Positions 1 through 15,380 of a stretch of 64,000 nt of DNA are shown one piece after another. The translations under genes and the position numbers were made by a program. Origin of the DNA: the human T2T-CHM13v2.0 reference genome, Homo sapiens; assembly GCF_009914755.1 (NCBI RefSeq), contig NC_060928.1, one strand, 5' to 3'. Under the pieces are notes generated by a model, which was not told where the DNA came from, ran no database searches, and saw only the letters and a program-made list of their open reading frames with translations. Every line of letters begins with the position of its first letter. The stretch's first letter is position 1.

Positions 1-1079
1 ACTGACTGTGATAAGATAATAAATTAACTACCAGTCAGGAGCTAAGTCAGCAGATGTGCGAACATTTTAGAGGTAACATCATAAACTAGAACAGAGGAGC
101 TCTTGGGAAGAAAAAGGGCTTGGAAATTATACCTGGAAAGATACCGCTAATAATGATCAAGAAGAAAAAACAAATCCAGTTTGGAAGTGAGCAATCATTT
201 ATGATGTAAAATATTTCTTAGAAATGGAATCTAGATAATGCTTGGAATATGCTTTAAACTACCTATATTTAATTTGTTTTTCTTGTGATTTTTGTATTGT
301 TTGGTGTAAAATAATCTTAATCTTTCCAGGTGGTGTCTAATTAAGGCACATTTACTGATATGAGTCATTTTCTAAATATACTTTATCTAAGAAAATTTAA
401 AATTTTTGGATCAACTAAAAACTCTCTCAATTATTTTAGAGTTAACTCTTCCAAATTCTAAAATGTATTCATAAATTATATACAACTATTTTAATGGTCA
501 CTGTGGGCCCAACTTCTGTATATAAATTTACCTTCTTATTTTACAGGTGCTAATGTTTAAAGATACTTAAATATGCCAATTTCTTTCCTCTATGTAGAAG
601 TTTGAAATACATTCTATGCCCTGAGAGAACCCTTTGAAATTTGAACACATAGAGTATTGTTATGTGCTTTCAAAACTTTGTGTTGTATAGGACCCTCTTT
701 TAGCTGAATATTTTTCAAGCAGTAAGCCTGTCCTGCATCGCACATGTACTGGGACACCCATGGACAAAATCATAAGACTCTGTCTTCCTGACAGATTTCC
801 CTCCTCTCCTGGGGAATTCTCTAATGATGTCACTCTTTTTTTGTGCCCTGTATGGTTTTTTTTTTTCAGTTTCTTCTGTGTGATGCACGTGATGCTGTTA
901 CACTGCAGGGTAGCGTTTTTAAAAAATCTGATTTACAGTTTGTCCTACTATTATATATTTTGCTTATAAAAACCTTGTGTTTTTTCAAAAATTCCTAACA
1001 GACTTATTTAGGTCTAACTGACCTAAAATAAACCACACATGGTACAGTGTACAGTTTGATGGGCTTCGACATAAGCACA

Positions 1080-1536
1080 TATAATGGGTTGAATTATGTC
1101 CCTCACGAGATATGTTAAAGTCCTAAACCCTGTTTCTCATTTGCGAATAGGGCCTTTATTTGGAAATAGGGTCATTGCAGGTATAATTAGCTAAGATGAG
1201 GTTGTAGTGGAGTGGAGTGGGCCCTTAATCCCCTTAATCCTAAATGAGGGGTGTCATCATAAGAAAGACACTGGCAAACAGATACAGACACAGAGGGAAG
1301 AACGCCACATGACAAGGAGGCAGGGGGTGGAGTGATGCTGCCACACGTCAAGAAGCACCTGCGGCCACCAGAGTTAGAAGAGGCAAGAAAGGATTCTCTC
1401 GTGGAGGCCTCGGACTGGCATCGCCTTGCCAACAACACTGATGGTGGGCTTCCAGCCTCCAGAATTGTAAGGCAATAAATTCATGTTGTTTTAAGCCAAC
1501 CAGTTTGTGGTGAAATAGCCCCAGGAAACGGATCCA
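1080..1536 (+). mobile_element. MaLR solo LTR, MLT1C-like, interrupting an old L1M
   Basis: Begins with aatgggttgaattatgtccc...tttggaaatagggtc; has AATAAA plus tgttgttttaagcca near its 3' end, typical of MLT1A-D. Confidence 0.8.
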
Positions 1537-1539
1537 ATC

Positions 1540-2985
1540 TACAATCATGAAACCATCTGAAAATAAAAATAGCAAACATATCCCTCACCTCAACAAGTTT
1601 CCTGAAGGCCCTCCCATCACACAGTCCCAAGTCCCACCTCCTTCCTCAGGAAACCACTGAACTCTTTTGTCACTATAGACCGTATTTTGTAGAATTAATA
1701 TAAATTTTACATAAATTTATATAAATCCCCAAATTATAGAAAATATATTTACTGTATACATGTGGTATATACTGGCTGCTTTCAGCATAATTATTTGGAG
1801 GTTTATTCATCATTCTTTTGAACATTCATTTTTTTGCTCCTTTGTTTAGCTAAGTAGTACTCCCTTGATATATCACAATTTGTTTATCCATTCACCTGTT
1901 TATGGACATTTTAGTTGTTTCCAACTTTTGGCTATCACGAATGCATCTGCTGTATGTGCACATATACATGTACAACTATTTGAACAGAGATACACTTTTG
2001 TTTCTCTTGGTAGACACCTAATTGTGGAACAGCTGAGTCCTGTAACAGGCATATGTTTAACTTTTAAAGAAACTGCCAAACCACTTTCTAAAGTAAACAT
2101 ACTATGTACAATCTCACTAGCAGAATATAGGAGTTCCAGTTCCTCCACATCTTCATCAACAGTTCATATGATTACGCTTTGAAATTTTTTCCTTTCTAAT
2201 AGGTATGTAGTAGTATCTCATTGTGGTTTTTTATTTACATTTCCCTAATGACTAATAATACTAAATGTCTTTCATAGGCTTATTTGTCATGGCATGCCTC
2301 TGGCATACCATCTGTTCAGATCTTTTGTCTATTGTCTAATTTTTATGGGTTTGATCTTATCAATTTTTGAAGATTATTCTGGATACAATGAATTTGTTAG
2401 ATATATGATTCCTATTTTTCATGGTCTGTGGTTTATCTTTTCTTTCTCTTAACGATATTCTTGAAGAGCAGGTGTTCTTATTTTTACGAAATTTCTTTTA
2501 TCACTATTTTCTTCTATGGATTGTGTTTTTCTATGAAGCAACCTTTCTAACCCAAAGTAATAAAGTTTCTGTTATACAGCTTATTCTAGAAGTTTGATAG
2601 TTTTAGGCTTTACCTTGGTTCTATAGTCCTTTCTGAATTAACTTTCACATGTTATGTTAGGTATAAAGTCTTTTTGGTTTGTTTGCTTTTGCTTTTGTAT
2701 ATTGGTATCCAGTTGTTCTAGTACTAGTTAAAAATACTATTTTTCTTTATTAAGCTGCCTTTGTACATTTATAAAAGATGAATTGATCATATATGTGTAG
2801 GTCTGTTTCTAAACTTTCTCTTCTATTTTATTGATGTATTTGTTGGTCTTGAGGCAAATATCACATTGTCTTGATTATTGTAGCTTTATAATGATTATTG
2901 ATTGCTATACGTGCAAGATCCTCAACTTTGTTGTTTTGCAAAGTTGTTTTGACTACCTTGGGAACTTTGCATTTTTCTAGTAACC
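1540..2985 (-). mobile_element. Old L1M (L1ME/MD-like) 3' UTR and ORF2-end fragment
   Basis: Degenerate antisense L1 motifs (tttatccattcacct, ggacattttagttgtttccaacttttggct, gtatctcattgtggtttt, tgtagctttata). Confidence 0.8.
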
Positions 2986-3172
2986 CTGTTTTGATATAGA
3001 TTATTTTGAATAGGGAATGTTTTGACTTAAAAATAATATCAAACTTTTATAATTAAGATATAAGTAGTGTGAAAGGAGAGAAACATCTTCATTCTATCAT
3101 TCAGCCCCTTTCAGGAACCTCATCCAACCTCACCACTCTAGGCTATCAGAGTTAGCACATTACATCTCTATA

Positions 3173-3549
3173 CAGACATGCATTCGTTAATGATGAGGAT
3201 ATGTTCTGAGAAATGCATTATTAGGCAATTTTGTTGGTGAACATCACAGAGTGTACTTACACAGACCTAGCTGGTGTAGCCCATCAGTTACCTTGGCAAT
3301 ATGGTATAGACGATTGCTCCTGGGCTGCAAACATGTACAGCAGGTTACTGCACTGAATACCGCAGGCAATTGTAATACAATGATAAGTATTTGTGTATTT
3401 AAACGTAGAAAAGGTACAGTACAAATTTGATATAAAAGATTAAAAAACAGAAGACCTGCTTAAGCCCATTCTGTTACAATCTTATGGGACCAGCATTGTA
3501 TATGCAGAGTCCATCGTGGACCGAAATGTCACTGTGTGGAGCACAACTG
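3173..3549. mobile_element. Tigger3/MER47-type non-autonomous DNA transposon
   Basis: TA|cagacatgc ... gcacaactg|TA: degenerate CAGTCATGC terminal inverted repeats with TA target duplications. Confidence 0.8.
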
Positions 3550-4056
3550 TATCTCCATCCATACTGACACACACACGCCTTCTGAAACCCATGCCTACAA
3601 CCATATTGGTATCTGTATATTGGTGCTTTATAGTATAAAATATACCCTCTTGAGGCTGAGCCTCAGTAAATACTCATGCTTAGCCACTGTCAGCCTGCTT
3701 CTTCCTCTAATCTCCAAAATGAAGTAAGTTCATTGACAGCACTGGAGATGCCTGCATTGCTGGATTTACACTCTATTTTATTATTAAAGAAAGGGTTTTT
3801 TTCTCCCTAAAGATATCCCTATTTCTATTAATCTTTTCTGGCTCATTATTTTTCTTTGATAGGCATAGAGGGCAGTATGGTGGAAGTATTCTGCCTGTCT
3901 GTGAGTATTTTAAAAAATGGAAAATGTTGGAAATCAATTTCTTGTGCATTTACTTTTTCTTAAATACTATTACTGTTTCCTTTCCAATCTTAGACTGCTG
4001 AATTCTGAATAAATCTCTCACCTTTGTGGTTTTCTTGAAGTAGACCTTAATTTGAA

Positions 4057-4351
4057 TTTTTTTTTTTTTTTTTGACAGAGTCTCACACTGTTGCCCAGGC
4101 GGGAGTGCAGTGGCACAATCTCGGCTCACTGAAACCTCCACCTCCCAGGTTCAAGCGATTCTCCTGCCTCAGCCTCTTGAGTAACTGGGATTACAGGTGC
4201 CCGCCACCATGCCCGGCTAATTTTTTGTATTTTTAGTAGAGATGGGGTTTCACTATGTTGGCCAGGCTGGTCTCGAACACCTGACCTCATGATCCATCTG
4301 CCTCAGCTCCCAAAGTGCTGGGATTACAGGTGTGAGCCACTGCACCCAGCC
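4057..4351 (-). mobile_element. Alu (AluS, Sg-like)
   Basis: Poly-T followed by a complete antisense Alu dimer ending cccagcc. Confidence 0.95.
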
Positions 4352-4585
4352 GAAATATTTTCTTTTCTTTTTCTTTCTTTCCTTCTTTTTAAAAAAATTC
4401 TGTAGCTGATCCCTGATGGCTTTTAACTTGAATAAAACTTTATTTAAAGAAAGTGTTTATTCATTGATACGAATCACACAGAGTATAATTTCAAGCCCAT
4501 TACCATGAAGATATTTTCCTATGTTTTACTCCAGAATTTTTAATTATTTTATCTTTCAAATTTAGATCTATATTCCAGCTAGAAT

Positions 4586-4613
4586 TGTGTGTGTGTGTGT
4601 GTGTGTGTGTGTG
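4586..4613. repeat. (TG)n microsatellite
   Basis: About 14 TG units read directly. Confidence 0.95.
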
Positions 4614-5389
4614 ATGTGAAGGTCAAAGTTTATTTTTCTTTTTTTACATATAAATATGTAATTGATCCAGCACCACTTAATGAAAAGACTACTCTTTTCA
4701 GCCACTCTCAGGTGGTACCTACGTCGTGACCCAAGTGACTGAGTATCGAGTCGGTCTGGTTTTCAACTTTCTATTCAGTTCGGTTGCTCTGTAGTTCCCC
4801 CCTTGATGGTTTACATTGTCTGTGAATATTGACAGTTATAGTTCTTACTTTACCATTCTTTTAAGGAATCATTTGAAAAATTCACATATTGGTGAAGCCA
4901 TACAGGCTTAGAGTTTTCTTTGTGGCAAGTTTCCTAATGACAGATTTAATTTCTTTAATAGATACAATATATTCCAAATAGATTTTTTTCAATGAGTTTT
5001 GGTAAGCTATATTTTTCTAGGAATTTGACAATTTCTTCTAAATTTTGAAATATATTGGTATATAGGTCAAAAAATTGTATGTCTTTATCTTTTTAATATA
5101 TGTAATGTCTGTTGGGATGTACCTTTTTAAAAATTTCTTATATTATTCATTTCTCTTTTCTGGCCTGATCCTAGCAATTGTTATAGGGAGTTTATAAAAA
5201 TTATTCGTCTTTTTAGGGAAATAAATTTTTGCTTTTTAATTTTTCTACTATATGTTTGTTACTTCATCAAATTTAAATTAAATTTTTTTGGATTAACCTA
5301 CATTTCCTTCTTCCCATTTTTATTAGGATTAGTTTGTTCTTATTTTTCCAACTACTTTAGAACATTCTTTAGCTTTTCCTCTTTGCTAA

Positions 5390-5716
<327 letters not shown>

Positions 5717-6258
5717 CCCATATAGATATACATTTCTCTAAGCAGTTTTACCTGCCTCTCTAAAATTTTGAGATGTATTTTTATTAAATTCAGTTTAAAA
5801 GATTTTCTGATTTTTCATTGAGTTGTCTTTCTTTACTAGTGCGTTATTTTTAAATACATTGCTTAATTTTCAAACATATTGACATATTCCAATCACTTTT
5901 TCATTATTGCTTTCCAGTGTAACTACACCATGGTCAGGAGAACAGATTCCAAATTATTGTAGTATTTCAAACTTGTTGAGACTTGCTTTATAGCTAAGTT
6001 TAAAATACATTTTGGAAAATGCTCCGTGTAAATTTCAATAGAATCTGAGTGTGCTTCTGTGCTGTACTATAGTACTTCCCAGGCATCCTTCAGGTCAGGT
6101 TTCTCCTCAACCTAATGGATCTTCTGTATGCTTACTGGTCTATATGATTGCAGAATTTTTTCTATTTGGTCTACTAATTATGAAAAATGTGTTTTAAAAT
6201 CTATTATTATACATACATTCATTTCTCCTTTTACTTTTGTCATTCTGTTTTGTATATA

Positions 6259-6867
6259 CAGTCATGCTCCAAATAACATTTCTTTCAACAACAGACTGCA
6301 TATTCAACGGTGGCCTCCTAAGGTTACAGTGGAGCTGAACAACTCCTATAGCCTATTGCTGTCTGAGCCTTCATAATGTCAGAGTGCGGTGCATTTTACC
6401 TTTTCTATGTTTAGCTATGATCAGATACACAAATACTTACTGTTGCATTACAGTTGCCTAGAGCAGGGGTGTACAATCTTTTGGCTTCCCTGGGACACAT
6501 TGGAAGAAGAATTGTCTTGGGCCACACATAAGATACGCCAGCACTAACAACAGCTGATGAGCTAAAAAAAAATTGCAAAAAATTCTAATAACATTATAAG
6601 AAAGTTTATGAATTTGTGTTGGGCTGCATTCAAAGTCATCTTAGGCTGGGTCACGGGTTGGACAAGCTTGGCCTAGGGTAGTCAGTGGAGTAGCATGCTT
6701 TCTAGGTGTTGCCTAGGAATAGTAGGCTGTACCATTTAGCCCAGGTGTGTAGTAGGTTATGCCATCTAGGTTTGTGTCAGTGCACTCTGTGATGTTTGCA
6801 CAACAATACATGTGCCTGATGATGCATCTCACAGAATATGTTCCCACTGTTAAGCCAAACACCACTG
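6259..6867. mobile_element. Tigger3/MER47-type element split by MER30
   Basis: TA|cagtcatgc ... accactg|TA ends; internal motifs antisense to the element at 3173. Confidence 0.75.
6464..6670. mobile_element. MER30 (hAT-Charlie MITE)
   Basis: caggggtgtacaatc ... gggttggacaagcttg with 8-bp TSD gcctagag / gcctaggg. Confidence 0.9.
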
Positions 6868-9462
6868 TATTTGAAAGTTTTGTTGTTAGGTGTATACAAG
6901 TTTAGAATTTTTCTTTCTGGAGAATTGACTCTTTCAGTAGGAAATGTCTCTTTCTAGCTCTGATGATTCTTCTTGCCTTAAAATCTGTCTTGTTTGGTCT
7001 TGTCATAATGCACAAAAATTCTTTTGGATAGTACTTAAACAAAATTTTTCTCATCTTTAATTTTTAGCACTTTAATGGTTTTCTATGTTTATGTCTGGGA
7101 TTATTTTGCTTCTACTTAAAGGACTCCCTCCTTTAGTATTTATTTTAATGCAGATCTAGTGGTGGTGAATACTCTTTATTTTAATTTTTTTAGGAGTATC
7201 TTTATTTAACCTTTGAAAGGGTTTCACTGAACACAGAATTTTCTATGGGTAATTATGTTGTTTAAAGAAGTCATTGCCATTTCTTCCATTTCTGTGGAGA
7301 ATTCAACTATCAGTCTTACTGTAAGTCTTTTGGATTGCAGCTGAGAAAACCTGTTGTTATTTATATGATCACTCACTTGACTACCAAGATATAACAAAAC
7401 TACTGAAAGGAAGGAAAAGTTTGAAGTGAGAAGAAAATAAAAGATGAATAAAATTACATTACAATAAGCTTAGCTACAATTATGGAGAGAAAAACTAGAA
7501 TACAGCTGATAAAACAAGTAAGTGGCACCCTATTTTGGGTAAAGTTAGTAGTCCAACTGAAATCTGATTATTAGCTGACAAAACAGGTAATACTCCACTG
7601 TCACTTAATTTGCCATAATATTTTAGAAAATGCCCTTTAGTAGAAAGTTATCATTTCATGTTTGCATTAGTTGCCACAGATATATAAACATGATATTAGG
7701 TAAGACTGCCTAAAATCTTCTCCCCTGTATTTTTATGGTAATTATATAATATAGAGCATGTGATGCTCTCTGACCATATATTGTGAATGGTTTTTGCTCT
7801 TATAGCAGAATTTAAAGCCAGCACAAGGACATATTTGGTGTAAGAAATGTAATAAGACTTGTGGTCAAAGTTATGAATATTTAAATGACATTATATATAC
7901 AAAGAAAATTATGCTGTTATTTGGTTTCAGTAAAATCCAGCATAAAAATTAATTTTGACTCACACCCAAATCCTAAAATGTAAGGGGAACTATTTTTAAT
8001 AATATGTATATTTGGGAAAATAATTGATTTATTAATTGGCCAAATATTTATTGTGACAAGCCATTTTCTTTCATTATAGTTTATTTGGTAAGATGTTTTC
8101 TTAAAGAGCCTATGATGAATATTTATAATATAACTCAATAAAAATGAACATTAGTTTGTCTTGCAGGGAAGCTATGACACGTATGGATATTACACAAAAA
8201 TACAAGCCTTAAGGAAATAGGGGATTTGGTCCACCTTGTTCTCTGTGGTATCTCTAGCATTCAGATTAAGGCTTATCTCATAGTTAATGTTCAGACATAC
8301 ATGTTAAGTAAATGAATTATTATTTTTTTAAATTTGATTTTGTAACATCTGAAGTATGAAGATTATAATAATCAGCATTAAAATCTGGTTTGGAGAGACC
8401 TGTATTAGAGGTGTGTAAACATTGGTCTCCTTTATTTGCTATTAACATGTATATAGTCAGTGTTGAATTTAAAATGATGTAAATCTTGAGTGTTCGCTGA
8501 GGTTGACTACCAGTATTTTCAGGAGATCACCATGTGGTATGATCTGAGATGTCTTCAGACCTACTTTGCTCTAAAAAGTTATTTACACTTTGCAATGTTT
8601 GTTAAACTACCAAGATCTGTATATTTTCACTATGTTTTTGAAGATGACAGTTTGAAAATAAGAAGATGAAAAACAATATATTACATATGTATGTTTGGGA
8701 GACAAAGATAACCCCAAGTTTAGAAATGTGAGGCAGGCCTATATTTCTCTCCAATAGTATTTTATGATTGTCTCCAATTCCTGCTTGGTTTGAAGTCCCT
8801 TAACGCAGAATAATTTGGTCAGCAGAATGATTTAGTTAGACAGTAATGGCACTCTTACTCCAGACATATTTAATAAATGCCATGTCTTCTACTGTCTTGG
8901 CACAATATGAGAATGTCTGAGTGGTATAAGGTGCATAAAGTAGTCTGTTTTTATGGGGATCACAATTTTGTTTTCTGCAAGGAAAAATGAAAGATATCCA
9001 CACTTGGTTAAAAATGTATTAGAAATCTGACTCTGAAACCACACAGCAGGATTATGTGCTTCGGATCCATATCTTGACCTACTTTCCTAAAAATGTCCAA
9101 GTTGGTAAAACTAGATAGTTCTGTTATCTTGTGAGGCTTTCCTGACGCACTAGTTTTGGGTTAAGATAATGATATTACTGTTGGAAAAGAGAAGAGTGAT
9201 TTTTTTTTTCCTCTTAGAAATTGTTTTTCATTTTATGTGTTAGCTTTCTCTCTCTATTGGGTGAAATGTCCTTGAGGACAGTGATAAAGGTTTACTCTGT
9301 TTATAAAACCAATAGTCAGGCAGCTATGACTGTGCGAAACTCTGGACAGGTTATTCACCAGCTTCAGAAGTGGACTTGTCCTCCCACCTGATGATTGATA
9401 TTGGTTAATCTGTATCCATCTGTCTGTTGGTCTCTCTATCCATTCATCCATTCCAGGCATTC

Positions 9463-9567
9463 TATACCATAATATAGATAGATACCATATACCATGTACC
9501 ATAATACCATACCAAAATATAGATAGAAATGTACCATAATATACCATAATATAGATAGAAATGTACT
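9463..9567. repeat. Degenerate tandem repeat (taccata / atatagatag units)
   Basis: Repeated taccataat and atatagatagaaatgtac read directly. Confidence 0.85.
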
Positions 9568-10028
9568 TCAACATTTCTGGATTTATTGTTAAATTTGGTA
9601 TGTTATTCCTTGAATACTCTGAACAAAATAATAGTAGGTTTTATATAAATAGTAGAGACTCATTATTATAGCTCATTAGATAAATAAACCTTTTAGGTTC
9701 TATTATAAAATAAATGTTTCAGTTTCTATTCACAATGATTAATTCATTCAAATAAATTATAAAGAAAAAGATGAGTTTCTTTTACAAACACAGTTAGAAT
9801 CAAAATTCAAGTGCTAAGCTGATAACATTCTCATTAATAGCAATAAAGCCTACAGCACTTATTCAACCCGAAAAATAATTGACTTATCCCAGAAAGGCTT
9901 TTATTTGTAGAGTTTAAATGTCTCTTCTCATAACCAGCAACTTGTACCTCATATAATTACTCAGATAAAGAGGCTTTCGATTTTCTTGTATAAAAGAAAA
10001 CACTACAGACTATTTAAAACAAACAAGT

Positions 10029-10328
<300 letters not shown>

Positions 10329-10899
10329 CAAACAAGTACCACCAATATAATACTTTATAGTGAGGATTTCAAGGCAGCCTATGTTCCTAATGATATAGAG
10401 TTCCAGGGAGGGAAATAAATCCAAGGTCTTTACATATAACCATGGAATGAGGATGTGCAAGAGAACACCTGAAAGAAAATCAGATTTCCTATAACTGAAA
10501 ACAACAACGACAAGAACAACAATACCCAGCTTCTCAAATGGTTAATTCACGTATGGTAAAGAGCAGAGAATGGAAAGGTGCTGATCACAAAACAGTTACT
10601 AACACTCCCCTCACCCTCCAAAAAAGGTGGTAATTTATATTTATCAGGCAGTTATGGAAGTTTCTTAAAAAGCAAGGTTATTTTTCCTTGCATTATTTAC
10701 ACTGCAATATATTTTTTAAATTTATGGAATGATGAATCTGTTTACAAAAAATGTTTTTTATCACACGTAGGATATTTATAGTGAAATGAAAATGAATAAA
10801 TAATCTTGATAGAATTGAGACACTAAAGATATTTTAAAAATCAATAAATTTCTAAGAGATAATTATGTGGTTTGTATGATAACATAACCTTTAATTATT

Positions 10900-12150
10900 C
10901 TCATTTTTTCTTTTTTTTCAGACCACTCAATCTCTGGCTACTCCTTAAACATGTGTCTGTATCTACAGTTTTGCTGATATAGTACTGTCAGCCTGCATTT
11001 TCCACCATGTAGTTTATTCTAATACATACAAGTGCCCAGTGGCTTTCATTACTTCTGTTCCATGTACTCTCAAATTCAACATGTTTAAAATTGAGCTCAC
11101 TCTGCCTCTGGCTATGCTTCCCCAGAGGTGGATGGCAACAGATTCCATCCATTCATCCAAACTTGGAACCTGAGATTTACCTTTGATCTCAAATTATACC
11201 TGTTTCCCCTTATCCAAACACTAACCCAGTGTACACAGATTTTTACCTCCTTAGTTTTTGTTAACTTTTCTTTCTTTCCATCATTACTGCTGCTTTGCTA
11301 ATACAGGCCCTCACTAAATCTAGCATTCTGCCTCTAGTCTTATTTTCTCCAAATCCATTTTCCAAAGAAGTCTTATGTATCAATTCAGTCTCATGATATG
11401 ACTCTGAAGTGTTTTTTTTCAATGGCTCTAGATTTTCTTCAAAATTAACTTCCAATCTTCCTTACCTCGTGTGTGAGAGAAGAAACTGGCACACCCCTTT
11501 CCTTATCTGCAAGCAAAGGTGGGGACGGGAAGAAGTTTTAACTTTAAATCAAACAGGAGATTTTGATTATGTTATATCATTTGAATAATTAACTGAAAGA
11601 ACTGACTGGGAAAATCAGGAGGTCTATCTGAGTTTCAGTTATCCCCAGAGGAAGAACTAGGCCCACCAGGTAAATGTGAGGACTCATGAGCAGTGAAGAG
11701 GCTGTGTGATACTTTCATCCCAAGTGTGGCTGGTTCAATATGCCAGTTACGTTTGTGATTTTCTATACTCAATACTGTTTCTGTACTTCAGGTTCACAGG
11801 GTCCTGTTTGTGTTGTTTATTCTAATGCTCTCTCCTTAATTTCGAATGTGTCATCTCATTCTCCTGCCTTAATTGGATAATCACTCTTCATCCTTTAACA
11901 CAGAAATAGTCACCTCACTAGTTCAGATCTTGGTTTGTATTCTGCGTCTTTGTTTGTCTCATGTCTTTTGACTGATGCTTGCCATCTTACTTACAATACT
12001 GGGTTTTAGTCATGTGTTTCAGTCTGACTGTCCCATGGTCCATGAATGCCTTAAACTCAGGGAATGTGTCTCATTCATCTTTGTTATTTTCAGAGCTGAG
12101 AACTGGGTCTGAAATGTTAGATAATCTGTAAACAAAATGAATGAAATGAT
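10900..12150 (+). mobile_element. Degenerate L2 fragments
   Basis: L2-like motifs (ctcaaattcaacatgtttaaaattgagctc; 3' end ...aatgaatgaa at ~12140); interrupted, boundaries approximate. Confidence 0.6.
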
Positions 12151-14192
12151 GTTGCAGAGGAGAGACATGTGGGATAGTCATCAACAGTAACAGAGAGGTG
12201 GTCATGATTATTTTCCAGATGGCTGGGGAGCTCCACCTTGGAAGGTCCATCTCTAATGGCAAAAGACTTTTTAACAGGGCTTCCTGAGGACATAAAGAGC
12301 CCAATTGTTGTTGAAATCGCATGGAAAGTTCAGCAAGTGTAGTATCGTTGGGATGCTTTGAATTGCACTCTTTGTCTGTTAGAAGCTGAACTGGGCATCC
12401 AGGAGTTACAAAGAACAAAAATATGGCACCTGTGCTTTGGAACAACTTTGTAGCCACCTGTCACTTTTGGGGAATAATCGTCTTCTGAGAAGATATGTTT
12501 TATTCCTGAGATACAGAGAACACAGGGAATTCTCTCAATTGCTTAATAATAAAACTAAAACAAAAGTCTTCTTACTCTCAACCAGACTCATTTGGTCTAA
12601 GGGAAAGAAAATGACTCTCCCGTGCTTCATATGCGATAAAATAGCACTGAGTTAACTGTTGTATTGATTCAATACACAAATAGAAAATAGAATGATTTGG
12701 CTACAGACAATTCAAGTATGAAGATTGTAGTTCCTCTTATAAAGGAAGATGTCTTGATACTGGTTTTAAGTATTTCTTTTAAGAAAACTCTATAAAAACC
12801 CTGTTTTTTGGCCAATATTAAAAAAAGGAAAAATACTATAAAATTAGTAGCATATGTTTCTTTTTTCTTTTGAAAAGCTACCCCAGACTAGAAGATGACT
12901 TTTAGTAACACTGTGGCTGTATATTTATGTGTGTGTGTGTATGCACACATTTTTCTATCAAGAACTATCTCTTTACTTTTCTATTTTCTTATGCTACCCT
13001 TTATTTAGTTACTTATTTTGAACTTTATAAGACTACCTGAAGTTTTAAGAATTTCTTTTGTTGAAAAAACTCGGGTTTATCACCCTAGTTATTCCAATAA
13101 AAATGAAGAAGAAAGCAAGGCATCTTAGAAACAGACTATAATAACCATTATATAACCACTAGAAGGGAAATGGAGTAAGAAACTATTTTATAGAATTAAC
13201 AGTGCTTAACTACTGTTTCATGTTATACTAAAAGCACTCAACGTAAAATAAAATTAAATGACCCAACCAGCATAAACATGCCACCAAGGTTGAGTAACAA
13301 GGTGTAAGGGTCAGACTGGTTAGGGCTGCCTTGAGTCTTAAGAGTTCATCTCCAAAGCCGTCGTCTCGCCCACCTCAGCTTTGCGGTGACATCCCAGTGT
13401 GCAGTGCTCACTCACGGCACCGTCATCTCTCTGAGTGATTTATGGGCTCAGAAGTCATCAGCAAGGAAACTGCAGGAAGCCCCTGCTGAGAACCACGCGC
13501 ACTGAAGGAAAACAGCTGCACACATCCGAGCAGATTATTTCTTTAACACTCGTGTGAAACAAGGCATCACGCTGGACATACCGAGTCTTCCTCTTTTTCT
13601 TTTTTTTAAATGGAAATATCCTTATCTGGGTGGGTGAAGGATGGATATGACTTCTTAAGTGAAAAACAACCGTTTTTGTGGAGCTGCTGAAAAGATTAAA
13701 ACACACTCATATACACACTCAGTTTCTCTTCCTCATCAAAAAATGAGCAACAAAATAGCTTACTGAATGTGCATGTTCACACATGTACATATATTTGCAT
13801 ATTTAACTTATTTCGTTGAAATCTTTTCTCTTTCTAAAAGCAAAGCTGCACTGGAAAGGAAGACTACATTTTATGAGCAAAGATAAAACACTCTTTGAAT
13901 AGTAAATTGTTTTTAACAAAAGAAGAATTCAGGCTAAAATGAGAAGAATAATCAGTTTTTGGGAACTTTGCCTTTTGTTTAAGTTTTTTAGTTTATTTAA
14001 ATCTTTACTGAACTAGAAAACAAGGTAAATTATTCTCCAGGTTTTCTGCTTAGCATGCCAGGAAGTTCTGGGACATTATTTGAGGATGTTTTGACAAACA
14101 AAATCATCCCGATATGGAATAAAGTCAACATTCAGTAACGCATAATTGAATTTTATTTTCGTGGATGTTAGAATAATGATATCTATGTGTTA

Positions 14193-14246
14193 AACCACAA
14201 GCTTCTTGAGGGCTTTATAATGTGTGGTTAGGGGACTTTCCAGCTG
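14193..14246. promoter_or_regulatory. Candidate RUNX + NF-kB + E-box motif cluster
   Basis: AACCACA 14193-14199, TGTGGTT 14223-14229, GGGGACTTTCC 14231-14241, CAGCTG 14241-14246; motif evidence only. Confidence 0.4.
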
Positions 14247-14710
14247 CCACAGATCCTGCCAGATGCTTCAGCATTTTGGTTTGTTCCACAGTTGAGGAAT
14301 GAAGAAACTTATTCCACAGAAGTGCTGTCGCCATGTTCTGACGGCTTTCCACAGCTGTGTCCTCACATGCAGTGTGTCCATAGGAGCTCTGTCAATCATG
14401 CACTTGGGCTTGGGTTTTAAAATACTGATCACAACAACAGACTAGAATAGCTACTTTTAGTTACATGAATTAGTACCATTTGGTTGTGTTTTGAGATTTT
14501 TTTGATATGGCTATTTATATAAAATTGTCTCACACAGCTATCAAATGTACAGGATTAAAAATATAAGACCAAAATAATATTTAAGTAAGATGTAAAACAG
14601 CAAAACCACAAAGTTGTAAACTCGTTTCCAAAAGTCACGATAGAATACTGATCTCATTAACTTCAAATGGTGCTAGTTATATAAAGATATGTATGCATGA
14701 TCAAAGCTTA

Positions 14711-15084
<374 letters not shown>

Positions 15085-15249
15085 TCATAATGCTCGTCAA
15101 GAGGAAATTAATTTCCACTTGTACTAAGCCAACGTAAAAGTCAAAAATGCCCTTTGGAAATTTAATCACAAAAAAAAAAAGATTGTGCGTAAGGAGTGAA
15201 TCTGTATATATAAGAATAATCTTCAACATGGTCTAAACGTTCTCTTAAT

Positions 15250-15380
15250 ACAGCCCGGTTTAGTGAATAACTTAGCTGCGTGACCTTGGGTAAGTCATTT
15301 AGTTTCAATGTTTTCACATAAATAACTGAATTGTGAGGGTATATTGAGGCATGCATTTCGTAGTACTTTAAAAAATAATG
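15250..15380 (+). mobile_element. MIR fragment
   Basis: Core motif tagctgcgtgaccttgggtaagtcattta. Confidence 0.65.

Noticed and set aside
12071-12457. 128-aa minus-strand ORF as a host exon
   Set aside because: GTG start, weak splice context, no recognisable domain, and its end runs into L2 sequence
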